DNA from: Auanema rhodensis
Lineage: Eukaryota; Animalia; Nematoda
Reading direction: 5' to 3'
Assembly: GCA_964057225.1 (NCBI GenBank)
Contig: OZ059898.1
Location: 17,918,001 to 17,982,000, forward strand
DNA length: 64,000 nt
Positions 40,200-54,800 of this stretch are shown here, in pieces. The translations under genes were made by a program, and so were the position numbers. Every line of letters starts with the position of its first letter. The first letter of the stretch is position 1. The notes under the pieces were generated by a model. That model did not search any database, was not told the origin of the DNA, and saw only the letters and a program-made list of their open reading frames with translations.

Positions 40200-43100
40200 C
40201 TCGCTTCACGTGAAAGATAAAGAGATGCGGTTTTCAAAATTAGATTCCCCATGTCCATATTAGTCTAAAAACAAATTTTTATTGATATTGGTGCATGGCA
40301 ACCATGACTTTAAAGTTTACGTGTACTTTAGTTTATGCTAATTAAGTGTACACATGATGTGCACTTGGTATGTAACTCGCTTCACGTCAAAGATAAAGAG
40401 ATGCGGTTTTCAAAATTAGATTTCGCATGTCCATATTAGTCTAAAAACAAATTTTTATTGATATTGGTGCATGGTAACCATGACTTTGAAATTTACGTGA
40501 ACTTTAATTTATGCTAATTAAGTGTACACGTGATGTGCACTTGGTATGTAACTCGCTTCACGTGAAAGATAAAGAGATGCGGTTTTCAAAATTAGATTCC
40601 CCATGTCCATATTAGTCTAAAAACAAATTTTTATTGATATTGGTGCATGGCAACCATGACTTTAAAATTTACGTGTACTTTAATTTATGCTAATTAAGTG
40701 TACACATGATGTGCACTTGGTATGTAACTCGCTTCACGTCAAAGATAAAGAGATGCGGTTTTCAAAATTAGATTCCCCATGTCCATATTAGTCTAAAAAC
40801 AAATTTTTATTGATATTGGTGCATGGCAACCATGACTTTAAAGTTTACGTGTACTTTAGTTTATGCTAATTAAGTGTACACATGATGTGCACTTGGTATG
40901 TAACTCGCTTCACGTCAAAGATAAAGAGATGCGGTTTTCAAAATTAGATTTCGCATGTCCATATTAGTCTAAAAACAAATTTTTATTGATATTGGTGCAT
41001 GGTAACCATGACTTTGAAATTTGCGTGAACTTTAATTTATGCTAATTAAGTGTACACATGATGTGCACTTGGTATGTAACTCGCTTCACGTCAAAGATAA
41101 AGAGATGCGGTTTTCAAAATTAGATTTCGCATGTCCATATCAGTCTAAAAACAAATTTTTATTGATATTGGTGCATGGTAACCATGACTTTGAAATTTAC
41201 GTGAACTTTAATTTATGCTAATTAAGTGTACACGTGATGTGCACTTGGTATGTAACTCGCTTCACGTGAAAGATAAAGAGATGCGGTTTTCAAAATTAGA
41301 TTCCCCATGTCCATATTAGTCTAAAAACAAATTTTTATTGATATTGGTGCATGGCAACCATGACTTTAAAGTTTACGTGTACTTTAGTTTATGCTAATTA
41401 AGTGTACACATGATGTGCACTTGGTATGTAACTCGCTTCACGTCAAAGATAAAGAGATGCGGTTTTCAAAATTAGATTTCGCATGTCCATATTAGTCTAA
41501 AAACAAATTTTTATTGATATTGGTGCATGGTAACCATGACTTTGAAATTTACGTGAACTTTAATTTATGCTAATTAAGTGTACACGTGATGTGCACTTGG
41601 TATGTAACTCGCTTCACGTGAAAGATAAAGAGATGCGGTTTTCAAAATTAGATTCCCCATGTCCATATTAGTCTAAAAACAAATTTTTATTGATATTGGT
41701 GCATGGCAACCATGACTTTAAAATTTACGTGTACTTTAATTTATGCTAATTAAGTGTACACATGATGTGCACTTGGTATGTAACTCGCTTCACGTCAAAG
41801 ATAAAGAGATGCGGTTTTCAAAATTAGATTCCCCATGTCCATATTAGTCTAAAAACAAATTTTTATTGATATTGGTGCATGGCAACCATGACTTTAAAAT
41901 TTACGTGTACTTTAATTTATGCTAATTAAGTGTACACATGATGTGCACTTGGTATGTAACTCGCTTCACGTCAAAGATAAAGAGATGCGGTTTTCAAAAT
42001 TAGATTTCGCATGTCCATATTAGTCTAAAAACAAATTTTTATTGATATTGGTGCATGGTAACCATGACTTTGAAATTTACGTGAACTTTAATTTATGCTA
42101 ATTAAGTGTACACGTGATGTGCACTTGGTATGTAACTCGCTTCACGTGAAAGATAAAGAGATGCGGTTTTCAAAATTAGATTCCCCATGTCCATATTAGT
42201 CTAAAAACAAATTTTTATTGATATTGGTGCATGACAACCATGACTTTCAAATATACGTGAACTTCAATTTATGCTAATTAAGTGTACACGTGATGTGCAC
42301 TCGGTATGTAACTCGCTTCGCGTCAAAGATAAAGAGATGCGGTTTTCAAAATTAGATTCCCCATGTCCATATTAGTCTAAAAACAAATTTTTATTGATAT
42401 TGGTGGATGGTAACCATGACTTTGAAATTTACGTGAACTTTAATTTATGCTAATTAAGTGTACACGTGATGTGCACTTGGTATGTAACTCGCTTCACGTG
42501 AAAGATAAAGAGATGCGGTTTTCAAAATTAGATTCCTCATGTCCATATTAGTCTAAAAACGAATTTTTATTGATATTGATGCATGGTAACCATGACTTTG
42601 AAATTTACGTGAACTTTAATTTATGCTAATTAAGTGTACACGTGATGTGCACTTGGTATGTAACTCGCTTCACGTGAAAGATAAAGAGATGCGGTTTTCA
42701 AAATTAGATTTCGCATGTCCATATTAGTCTAAAAACAAATTTTTATTGATATTGGTGCATGGTAACCATGACTTTGAAATTTACGTGAACTTTAATTTAT
42801 GCTAATTAAGTGTACACGTGATGTGCACTTGGTATGTAACTCGCTTCACGTGAAAGATAAAGAGATGCGGTTTTCAAAATTAGATTCTTCATGTCCATAT
42901 TAGTCTAAAAACAAATTTTTATTGATATTGGTGCATGGTAACTATGACTTTGAAATTTACGTGAACTTTAATTTATGCTAATTAAGTGTACACATGATGT
43001 GCACTTGGTATGTAACTCGCTTCACGTGAAAGATAAAGAGATGCGGTTTTCAAAATTAGATTCCCCATGTCCATATTAGTCTAAAAACAAATTTTTATTG

Positions 43101-45830
43101 ATATTGGTGCATGGCAACCATGACTTTAAAGTTTACGTGTACTTTAGTTTATGCTAATTAAGTGTACACATGATGTGCACTTGGTATGTAACTCGCTTCA
43201 CGTCAAAGATAAAGAGATGCGGTTTTCAAAATTAGATTTCGCATGTCCATATTAGTCTAAAAACAAATTTTTATTGATATTGGTGCATGGTAACCATGAC
43301 TTTGAAATTTACGTGAACTTTAATTTATGCTAATTAAGTGTACACGTGATGTGCACTTGGTATGTAACTCGCTTCACGTGAAAGATAAAGAGATGCGGTT
43401 TTCAAAATTAGATTCCCCATGTCCATATTAGTCTAAAAACAAATTTTTATTGATATTGGTGCATGGCAACCATGACTTTAAAATTTACGTGTACTTTAAT
43501 TTATGCTAATTAAGTGTACACATGATGTGCACTTGGTATGTAACTCGCTTCACGTCAAAGATAAAGAGATGCGGTTTTCAAAATTAGATTCCCCATGTCC
43601 ATATTAGTCTAAAAACAAATTTTTATTGATATTGGTGCATGGCAACCATGACTTTAAAGTTTACGTGTACTTTAGTTTATGCTAATTAAGTGTACACATG
43701 ATGTGCACTTGGTATGTAACTCGCTTCACGTCAAAGATAAAGAGATGCGGTTTTCAAAATTAGATTTCGCATGTCCATATTAGTCTAAAAACAAATTTTT
43801 ATTGATATTGGTGCATGGTAACCATGACTTTGAAATTTGCGTGAACTTTAATTTATGCTAATTAAGTGTACACATGATGTGCACTTGGTATGTAACTCGC
43901 TTCACGTCAAAGATAAAGAGATGCGGTTTTCAAAATTAGATTTCGCATGTCCATATCAGTCTAAAAACAAATTTTTATTGATATTGGTGCATGGTAACCA
44001 TGACTTTGAAATTTACGTGAACTTTAATTTATGCTAATTAAGTGTACACGTGATGTGCACTTGGTATGTAACTCGCTTCACGTGAAAGATAAAGAGATGC
44101 GGTTTTCAAAATTAGATTCCCCATGTCCATATTAGTCTAAAAACAAATTTTTATTGATATTGGTGCATGGCAACCATGACTTTAAAGTTTACGTGTACTT
44201 TAGTTTATGCTAATTAAGTGTACACATGATGTGCACTTGGTATGTAACTCGCTTCACGTCAAAGATAAAGAGATGCGGTTTTCAAAATTAGATTTCGCAT
44301 GTCCATATTAGTCTAAAAACAAATTTTTATTGATATTGGTGCATGGTAACCATGACTTTGAAATTTACGTGAACTTTAATTTATGCTAATTAAGTGTACA
44401 CGTGATGTGCACTTGGTATGTAACTCGCTTCACGTGAAAGATAAAGAGATGCGGTTTTCAAAATTAGATTCCCCATGTCCATATTAGTCTAAAAACAAAT
44501 TTTTATTGATATTGGTGCATGGCAACCATGACTTTAAAATTTACGTGTACTTTAATTTATGCTAATTAAGTGTACACATGATGTGCACTTGGTATGTAAC
44601 TCGCTTCACGTCAAAGATAAAGAGATGCGGTTTTCAAAATTAGATTCCCCATGTCCATATTAGTCTAAAAACAAATTTTTATTGATATTGGTGCATGGCA
44701 ACCATGACTTTAAAATTTACGTGTACTTTAATTTATGCTAATTAAGTGTACACATGATGTGCACTTGGTATGTAACTCGCTTCACGTCAAAGATAAAGAG
44801 ATGCGGTTTTCAAAATTAGATTTCGCATGTCCATATTAGTCTAAAAACAAATTTTTATTGATATTGGTGCATGGTAACCATGACTTTGAAATTTACGTGA
44901 ACTTTAATTTATGCTAATTAAGTGTACACGTGATGTGCACTTGGTATGTAACTCGCTTCACGTGAAAGATAAAGAGATGCGGTTTTCAAAATTAGATTCC
45001 CCATGTCCATATTAGTCTAAAAACAAATTTTTATTGATATTGGTGCATGACAACCATGACTTTCAAATATACGTGAACTTCAATTTATGCTAATTAAGTG
45101 TACACGTGATGTGCACTCGGTATGTAACTCGCTTCGCGTCAAAGATAAAGAGATGCGGTTTTCAAAATTAGATTCCCCATGTCCATATTAGTCTAAAAAC
45201 AAATTTTTATTGATATTGGTGGATGGTAACCATGACTTTGAAATTTACGTGAACTTTAATTTATGCTAATTAAGTGTACACGTGATGTGCACTTGGTATG
45301 TAACTCGCTTCACGTGAAAGATAAAGAGATGCGGTTTTCAAAATTAGATTCCTCATGTCCATATTAGTCTAAAAACGAATTTTTATTGATATTGATGCAT
45401 GGTAACCATGACTTTGAAATTTACGTGAACTTTAATTTATGCTAATTAAGTGTACACGTGATGTGCACTTGGTATGTAACTCGCTTCACGTGAAAGATAA
45501 AGAGATGCGGTTTTCAAAATTAGATTTCGCATGTCCATATTAGTCTAAAAACAAATTTTTATTGATATTGGTGCATGGTAACCATGACTTTGAAATTTAC
45601 GTGAACTTTAATTTATGCTAATTAAGTGTACACGTGATGTGCACTTGGTATGTAACTCGCTTCACGTGAAAGATAAAGAGATGCGGTTTTCAAAATTAGA
45701 TTCTTCATGTCCATATTAGTCTAAAAACAAATTTTTATTGATATTGGTGCATGGTAACTATGACTTTGAAATTTACGTGAACTTTAATTTATGCTAATTA
45801 AGTGTACACATGATGTGCACTTGGTATGTA
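40200..45830 (+). repeat. Tandem duplication of a 16-monomer (2816-bp) block
   Basis: The atgacaacc/atatacg/cactcgg monomer is at 42231 and 45047; TAG>CAG ORF monomers start at 41039 and 43855; the ttcttcat variant recurs at the same offset. Boundaries are approximate. Confidence 0.8.
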
Positions 45831-48800
45831 ACTCGCTTCACGTCAAAGATAAAGAGATGCGGTTTTCAAAATTAGATTTCGCATGTCCATATTAGTCTAA
45901 AAACAAATTTTTATTGATATTGGTGCATGGTAACCATGACTTTGAAATTTACGTGAACTTTAATTTATGCTAATTAAGTGTACACGTGATGTGCACTTGG
46001 TATGTAACTCGCTTCACGTGAAAGATAAAGAGATGCGGTTTTCAAAATTAGATTCCCCATGTCCATATTAGTCTAAAAACAAATTTTTATTGATATTGGT
46101 GCATGGCAACCATGACTTTAAAATTTACGTGTACTTTAATTTATGCTAATTAAGTGTACACATGATGTGCACTTGGTATGTAACTCGCTTCACGTCAAAG
46201 ATAAAGAGATGCGGTTTTCAAAATTAGATTTCGCATGTCCATATTAGTCTAAAAACAAATTTTTATTGATATTGGTGCATGGTAACCATGACTTTGAAAT
46301 TTACGTGAACTTTAATTTATGCTAATTAAGTGTACACATGATGTGCACTTGGTATGTAACTCGCTTCACGTCAAAGATAAAGAGATGTGGTTTTCAAAAT
46401 TAGATTCCCCATGTCCATATTAGTCTAAAAACAAATTTTTATTGATATTGGTTCATGGTAACCATGACTTTGAAATTTACGTGAACTTTAATTTATGCTA
46501 ATTAAATGTACACGTGATGTGCACTTGGTATGTAACTCGCTTCACGTGAAAGATAAAGAGATGCGGTTTTCAAAATTAGATTCCCCATGTCCATATTAGT
46601 CTAAAAACAAATTTTTATTGATATTGGTGCATGGCAACCATGACTTTAAAATTTACGTGTACTTTAATTTATGCTAATTAAGTGTACACATGATGTGCAC
46701 TTGGTATGTAACTCGCTTCACGTCAAAGACAAAGAGATGCGGTTTTCAAAATTAGATTCCCCATGTCCATATTAGTCTAAAAACAAATTTTTATTGATAT
46801 TGGTGCATGGTAACCATGACTTTGAAATTTACGTGAACTTTAATTTATGCTAATTAAGTGTACTCGTGATGTGCACTTGGTATGTAACTCGCTTCACGTG
46901 AAAGATAAAGAGATGCGGTTTTCAAAATTAGATTCCTCATGTCCATATTAGTCTAAAAACAAATTTTTATTGGTATTGGTGCATGGCAACCATGACTTTT
47001 AAATTTACGTGTACTTCAATTTATGCTAATTAAGTGTACACATGATGTGCACTTGGTATGTAACTCGCTTCACGTCAAAGATAAAGAGATGCGGTTTTCA
47101 AAATTAGATTTCGCATGTCCATATTAGTCTAAAAACAAATTTTTATTGATATTGGTGCATGGCAACCATGACTTTTAAATTTACGTGTACTTTAATTTAT
47201 GCTAATTAAGTGTACACGTGATGTGCACTTGGTATGTAACTCGCTTCACGTGAAAGATAAAGAGATGCGGTTTTCAAAATTAGATTCCTCATGTCCATAT
47301 TAGTCTAAAAACGAATTTTTATTGATATTGATGCATGGTAACCATGACTTTGAAATTTACGTGAACTTTAATTTATGCTAATTAAATGTACACGTGATGT
47401 GCACTTGGTATGTAACTCGCTTCACGTGAAAGATAAAGAGATGCGGTTTTCAAAATTAGATTCCCCATGTCCATATTAGTCTAAAAACAAATTTTTATTG
47501 ATATTGGTGCATGGCAACCATGACTTTAAAATTTACGTGTACTTTAATTTATGCTAATTAAGTGTACACATGATGTGCACTTGGTATGTAACTCGCTTCA
47601 CGTCAAAGATAAAGAGATGCGGTTTTCAAAATTAGATTCCCCATGTCCATATTAGTCTAAAAACAAATTTTTATTGATATTGGTTCATGGCAACCATGAC
47701 TTTAAAGTTTACGTGTACTTTAGTTTATGCTAATTAAGTGTACACATGATGTGCACTTGGTATGTAACTCGCTTCACGTCAAAGATAAAGAGATGCGGTT
47801 TTCAAAATTAGATTTCGCATGTCCATATTAGTCTAAAAACAAATTTTTATTGATATTGGTGCATGGTAACCATGACTTTGAAATTTACGTGAACTTTAAT
47901 TTATGCTAATTAAGTGTACACGTGATGTGCACTTGGTATGTAACTCGCTTCACGTGAAAGATAAAGAGATGCGGTTTTCAAAATTAGATTCCCCATGTCC
48001 ATATTAGTCTAAAAACAAATTTTTATTGATATTGGTGCATGGCAACCATGACTTTAAAATTTACGTGTACTTTAATTTATGCTAATTAAGTGTACACATG
48101 ATGTGCACTTGGTATGTAACTCGCTTCACGTCAAAGATAAAGAGATGCGGTTTTCAAAATTAGATTTCGCATGTCCATATTAGTCTAAAAACAAATTTTT
48201 ATTGATATTGGTGCATGGTAACCATGACTTTGAAATTTACGTGAACTTTAATTTATGCTAATTAAGTGTACACGTGATGTGCACTTGGTATGTAACTCGC
48301 TTCACGTGAAAGATAAAGAGATGCGGTTTTCAAAATTAGATTCCCCATGTCCATATTAGTCTAAAAACAAATTTTTATTGATATTGGTGCATGACAACCA
48401 TGACTTTCAAATATACGTGAACTTCAATTTATGCTAATTAAGTGTACACGTGATGTGCACTCGGTATGTAACTCGCTTCGCGTCAAAGATAAAGAGATGC
48501 GGTTTTCAAAATTAGATTCCCCATGTCCATATTAGTCTAAAAACAAATTTTTATTGATATTGGTGGATGGTAACCATGACTTTGAAATTTACGTGAACTT
48601 TAATTTATGCTAATTAAGTGTACACGTGATGTGCACTTGGTATGTAACTCGCTTCACGTGAAAGATAAAGAGATGCGGTTTTCAAAATTAGATTCCTCAT
48701 GTCCATATTAGTCTAAAAACGAATTTTTATTGATATTGTTGCATGGTAACCATGACTTTGAAATTTACGTGAACTTTAATTTATGCTAATTAAGTGTACA

Positions 48801-51800
48801 CGTGATGTGCACTTGGTATGTAACTCGCTTCACGTGAAAGATAAAGAGATGCGGTTTTCAAAATTAGATTTCGCATGTCCATATTAGTCTAAAAACAAAT
48901 TTTTATTGATATTGGTGCATGGTAACCATGACTTTGAAATTTACGTGAACTTTAATTTATGCTAATTAAGTGTACACGTGATGTGCACTTGGTATGTAAC
49001 TCGCTTCACGTGAAAGATAAAGAGATGCGGTTTTCAAAATTAGATTCTTCATGTCCATATTAGTCTAAAAACGAATTTTTATTGATATTGATGCATGGTA
49101 ACCATGACTTTGAAATTTACGTGAACTTTAATTTATGCTTATTAAGTGTACACGTGATGTGCACTTGGTATGTAACTCGCTTCACGTCAAAGATAAAGAG
49201 ATGCGGTTTTCAAATTTAGATTCCCCATGTCCATATTAGTCTAAAAACAAATTTTTATTGATATTGGTGCATGGTAACTATGACTTTGAAATTTACGTGA
49301 ACTTTAATTTATGCTAATTAAGTGTACACATGATGTGCACTTGGTATGTAACTCGCTTCACGTCAAAGATAAAGAGATGCGGTTTTCAAAATTAGATTTC
49401 GCATGTCCATATTAGTCTAAAAACAAATTTTTATTGATATTGGTGCATGGTAACCATGACTTTGAAATTTACGTGAACTTTAATTTATGCTAATTAAGTG
49501 TACACGTGATGTGCACTTGGTATGTAACTCGCTTCACGTGAAAGATAAAGAGATGCGGTTTTCAAAATTAGATTCCCCATGTCCATATTAGTCTAAAAAC
49601 AAATTTTTATTGATATTGGTGCATGGCAACCATGACTTTAAAATTTACGTGTACTTTAATTTATGCTAATTAAGTGTACACATGATGTGCACTTGGTATG
49701 TAACTCGCTTCACGTCAAAGATAAAGAGATGCGGTTTTCAAAATTAGATTTCGCATGTCCATATTAGTCTAAAAACAAATTTTTATTGATATTGGTGCTA
49801 GGTAACCATGACTTTGAAATTTACGTGAACTTTAATTTATGCTAATTAAGTGTACACATGATGTGCACTTGGTATGTAACTCGCTTCACGTCAAAGATAA
49901 AGAGATGCGGTTTTCAAAATTAGATTTCGCATGTCCATATTAGTCTAAAAACAAATTTTTATTGATATTGGTGCATGGTAACCATGACTTTGAAATTTAC
50001 GTGAACTTTAATTTATGCTAATTAAGTGTACACGTGATGTGCACTTGGTATGTAACTCGCTTCACGTGAAAGATAAAGAGATGCGGTTTTCGAAATTAGA
50101 TTCCCCATGTCCATATTAGTCTAAAAACAAATTTTTATTGATATTGGTGCATGGCAACCATGACTTTAAAATTTACGTGTACTTTAATTTATGCTAATTA
50201 AGTGTACACATGATGTGCACTTGGTATGTAACTCGCTTCACGTCAAAGATAAAGAGATGCGGTTTTCAAAATTAGATTTCGCATGTCCATATTAGTCTAA
50301 AAACAAATTTTTATTGATATTGGTGCATGGTAACCATGACTTTGAAATTTACGTGAACTTTAATTTATGCTAATTAAGTGTACACATGATGTGCACTTGG
50401 TATGTAACTCGCTTCACGTCAAAGATAAAGAGATGCGGTTTTCAAAATTAGATTCCCCATGTCCATATTAGTCTAAAAACAAATTTTTATTGATATTGGT
50501 GCATGGCAACCATGACTTTAAAATTTACGTGTACTTTAATTTATGCTAATTAAGTGTACACATGATGTGCACTTGGTATGTAACTCGCTTCACGTCAAAG
50601 ACAAAGAGATGCGGTTTTCAAAATTAGATTCCCCATGTCCATATTAGTCTAAAAACAAATTTTTATTGATATTGGTGCATGGTAACCATGACTTTGAAAT
50701 TTACGTGAACTTTAATTTATGCTAATTAAGTGTACTCGTGATGTGCACTTGGTATGTAACTCGCTTCACGTGAAAGATAAAGAGATGCGGTTTTCAAAAT
50801 TAGATTCCTCATGTCCATATTAGTCTAAAAACAAATTTTTATTGGTATTGGTGCATGGCAACCATGACTTTTAAATTTACGTGTACTTCAATTTATGCTA
50901 ATTAAGTGTACACATGATGTGCACTTGGTATGTAACTCGCTTCACGTCAAAGATAAAGAGATGCGGTTTTCAAAATTAGATTTCGCATGTCCATATTAGT
51001 CTAAAAACAAATTTTTATTGATATTGGTGCATGGCAACCATGACTTTTAAATTTACGTGTACTTTAATTTATGCTAATTAAGTGTACACGTGATGTGCAC
51101 TTGGTATGTAACTCGCTTCACGTGAAAGATAAAGAGATGCGGTTTTCAAAATTAGATTCCTCATGTCCATATTAGTCTAAAAACGAATTTTTATTGATAT
51201 TGATGCATGGTAACCATGACTTTGAAATTTACGTGAACTTTAATTTATGCTAATTAAATGTACACGTGATGTGCACTTGGTATGTAACTCGCTTCACGTG
51301 AAAGATAAAGAGATGCGGTTTTCAAAATTAGATTCCCCATGTCCATATTAGTCTAAAAACAAATTTTTATTGATATTGGTGCATGGCAACCATGACTTTA
51401 AAATTTACGTGTACTTTAATTTATGCTAATTAAGTGTACACATGATGTGCACTTGGTATGTAACTCGCTTCACGTCAAAGATAAAGAGATGCGGTTTTCA
51501 AAATTAGATTCCCCATGTCCATATTAGTCTAAAAACAAATTTTTATTGATATTGGTGCATGGCAACCATGACTTTAAAATTTACGTGTACTTTAATTTAT
51601 GCTAATTAAGTGTACACATGATGTGCACTTGGTATGTAACTCGCTTCACGTCAAAGACAAAGAGATGCGGTTTTCAAAATTAGATTCCCCATGTCCATAT
51701 TAGTCTAAAAACAAATTTTTATTGATATTGGTGCATGGTAAGCATGACTTTGAAATTTACGTGAACTTTAATTTATGCTAATTAAGTGTACTCGTGATGT

Positions 51801-54800
51801 GCACTTGGTATGTAACTCGCTTCACGTCAAAGATAAAGAGATGCGGTTTTCAAAATTAGATTCCCCATGTCCATATTAGTCTAAAAACAAATTTTTATTG
51901 ATATTGGTGCATGGCAACCATGACTTTAAAGTTTACGTGTACTTTAGTTTATGCTAATTAAGTGTACACATGATGTGCACTTGGTATGTAACTCGCTTCA
52001 CGTCAAAGATAAAGAGATGCGGTTTTCAAAATTAGATTTCGCATGTCCATATTAGTCTAAAAACAAATTTTTATTGATATTGGTGCATGGTAACCATGAC
52101 TTTGAAATTTGCGTGAACTTTAATTTATGCTAATTAAGTGTACACATGATGTGCACTTGGTATGTAACTCGCTTCACGTCAAAGATAAAGAGATGCGGTT
52201 TTCAAAATTAGATTTCGCATGTCCATATCAGTCTAAAAACAAATTTTTATTGATATTGGTGCATGGTAACCATGACTTTGAAATTTACGTGAACTTTAAT
52301 TTATGCTAATTAAGTGTACACGTGATGTGCACTTGGTATGTAACTCGCTTCACGTGAAAGATAAAGAGATGCGGTTTTCAAAATTAGATTCCCCATGTCC
52401 ATATTAGTCTAAAAACAAATTTTTATTGATATTGGTGCATGGCAACCATGACTTTAAAGTTTACGTGTACTTTAGTTTATGCTAATTAAGTGTACACATG
52501 ATGTGCACTTGGTATGTAACTCGCTTCACGTCAAAGATAAAGAGATGCGGTTTTCAAAATTAGATTTCGCATGTCCATATTAGTCTAAAAACAAATTTTT
52601 ATTGATATTGGTGCATGGTAACCATGACTTTGAAATTTACGTGAACTTTAATTTATGCTAATTAAGTGTACACGTGATGTGCACTTGGTATGTAACTCGC
52701 TTCACGTGAAAGATAAAGAGATGCGGTTTTCAAAATTAGATTCCCCATGTCCATATTAGTCTAAAAACAAATTTTTATTGATATTGGTGCATGGCAACCA
52801 TGACTTTAAAATTTACGTGTACTTTAATTTATGCTAATTAAGTGTACACATGATGTGCACTTGGTATGTAACTCGCTTCACGTGAAAGATAAAGAGATGC
52901 GGTTTTCAAAATTAGATTCCCCATGTCCATATTAGTCTAAAAACAAATTTTTATTGATATTGGTGCATGGCAACCATGACTTTAAAATTTACGTGTACTT
53001 TAATTTATGCTAATTAAGTGTACACATGATGTGCACTTGGTATGTAACTCGCTTCACGTCAAAGATAAAGAGATGCGGTTTTCAAAATTAGATTTCGCAT
53101 GTCCATATTAGTCTAAAAACAAATTTTTATTGATATTGGTGCATGGTAACCATGACTTTGAAATTTACGTGAACTTTAATTTATGCTAATTAAGTGTACA
53201 CGTGATGTGCACTTGGTATGTAACTCGCTTCACGTGAAAGATAAAGAGATGCGGTTTTCAAAATTAGATTCCCCATGTCCATATTAGTCTAAAAACAAAT
53301 TTTTATTGATATTGGTGCATGACAACCATGACTTTCAAATATACGTGAACTTCAATTTATGCTAATTAAGTGTACACGTGATGTGCACTCGGTATGTAAC
53401 TCGCTTCGCGTCAAAGATAAAGAGATGCGGTTTTCAAAATTAGATTCCCCATGTCCATATTAGTCTAAAAACAAATTTTTATTGATATTGGTGGATGGTA
53501 ACCATGACTTTGAAATTTACGTGAACTTTAATTTATGCTAATTAAGTGTACACGTGATGTGCACTTGGTATGTAACTCGCTTCACGTGAAAGATAAAGAG
53601 ATGCGGTTTTCAAAATTAGATTCCTCATGTCCATATTAGTCTAAAAACGAATTTTTATTGATATTGATGCATGGTAACCATGACTTTGAAATTTACGTGA
53701 ACTTTAATTTATGCTAATTAAGTGTACACGTGATGTGCACTTGGTATGTAACTCGCTTCACGTGAAAGATAAAGAGATGCGGTTTTCAAAATTAGATTTC
53801 GCATGTCCATATTAGTCTAAAAACAAATTTTTATTGATATTGGTGCATGGTAACCATGACTTTGAAATTTACGTGAACTTTAATTTATGCTAATTAAGTG
53901 TACACGTGATGTGCACTTGGTATGTAACTCGCTTCACGTGAAAGATAAAGAGATGCGGTTTTCAAAATTAGATTCTTCATGTCCATATTAGTCTAAAAAC
54001 AAATTTTTATTGATATTGGTGCATGGTAACCATGACTTTGAAATTTACGTGAACTTTAATTTATGCTAATTAAGTGTACACATGATGTGCACTTGGTATG
54101 TAACTCGCTTCACGTCAAAGATAAAGAGATGCGGTTTTCAAAATTAGATTTCGCATGTCCATATTAGTCTAAAAACAAATTTTTATTGATATTGGTGCAT
54201 GGTAACCATGACTTTGAAATTTACGTGAACTTTAATTTATGCTAATTAAGTGTACACGTGATGTGCACTTGGTATGTAACTCGCTTCACGTGAAAGATAA
54301 AGAGATGCGGTTTTCAAAATTAGATTCCCCATGTCCATATTAGTCTAAAAACAAATTTTTATTGATATTGGTGCATGGCAACCATGACTTTAAAATTTAC
54401 GTGTACTTTAATTTATGCTAATTAAGTGTACACATGATGTGCACTTGGTATGTAACTCGCTTCACGTCAAAGATAAAGAGATGCGGTTTTCAAAATTAGA
54501 TTTCGCATGTCCATATTAGTCTAAAAACAAATTTTTATTGATATTGGTGCATGGTAACCATGACTTTGAAATTTACGTGAACTTTAATTTATGCTAATTA
54601 AGTGTACACATGATGTGCACTTGGTATGTAACTCGCTTCACGTCAAAGATAAAGAGATGTGGTTTTCAAAATTAGATTCCCCATGTCCATATTAGTCTAA
54701 AAACAAATTTTTATTGATATTGGTTCATGGTAACCATGACTTTGAAATTTACGTGAACTTTAATTTATGCTAATTAAATGTACACGTGATGTGCACTTGG

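Noticed and set aside
49793-49802. gcat>gcta adjacent-base swap (also at 58241-58250) as a micro-inversion
   Set aside because: AT is its own reverse complement, so an inversion cannot produce TA. It is a double substitution copied by the 8.4-kb duplication and is useful only as a marker.
22631-52309. Seven near-identical 60-aa ORFs that look like a small gene family
   Set aside because: Each spans about one monomer in which the single in-frame TAG mutated (TAT or CAG). Their spacing (1056, 2816, 8272) simply follows the array duplications, and about 98% of monomers keep the stop.
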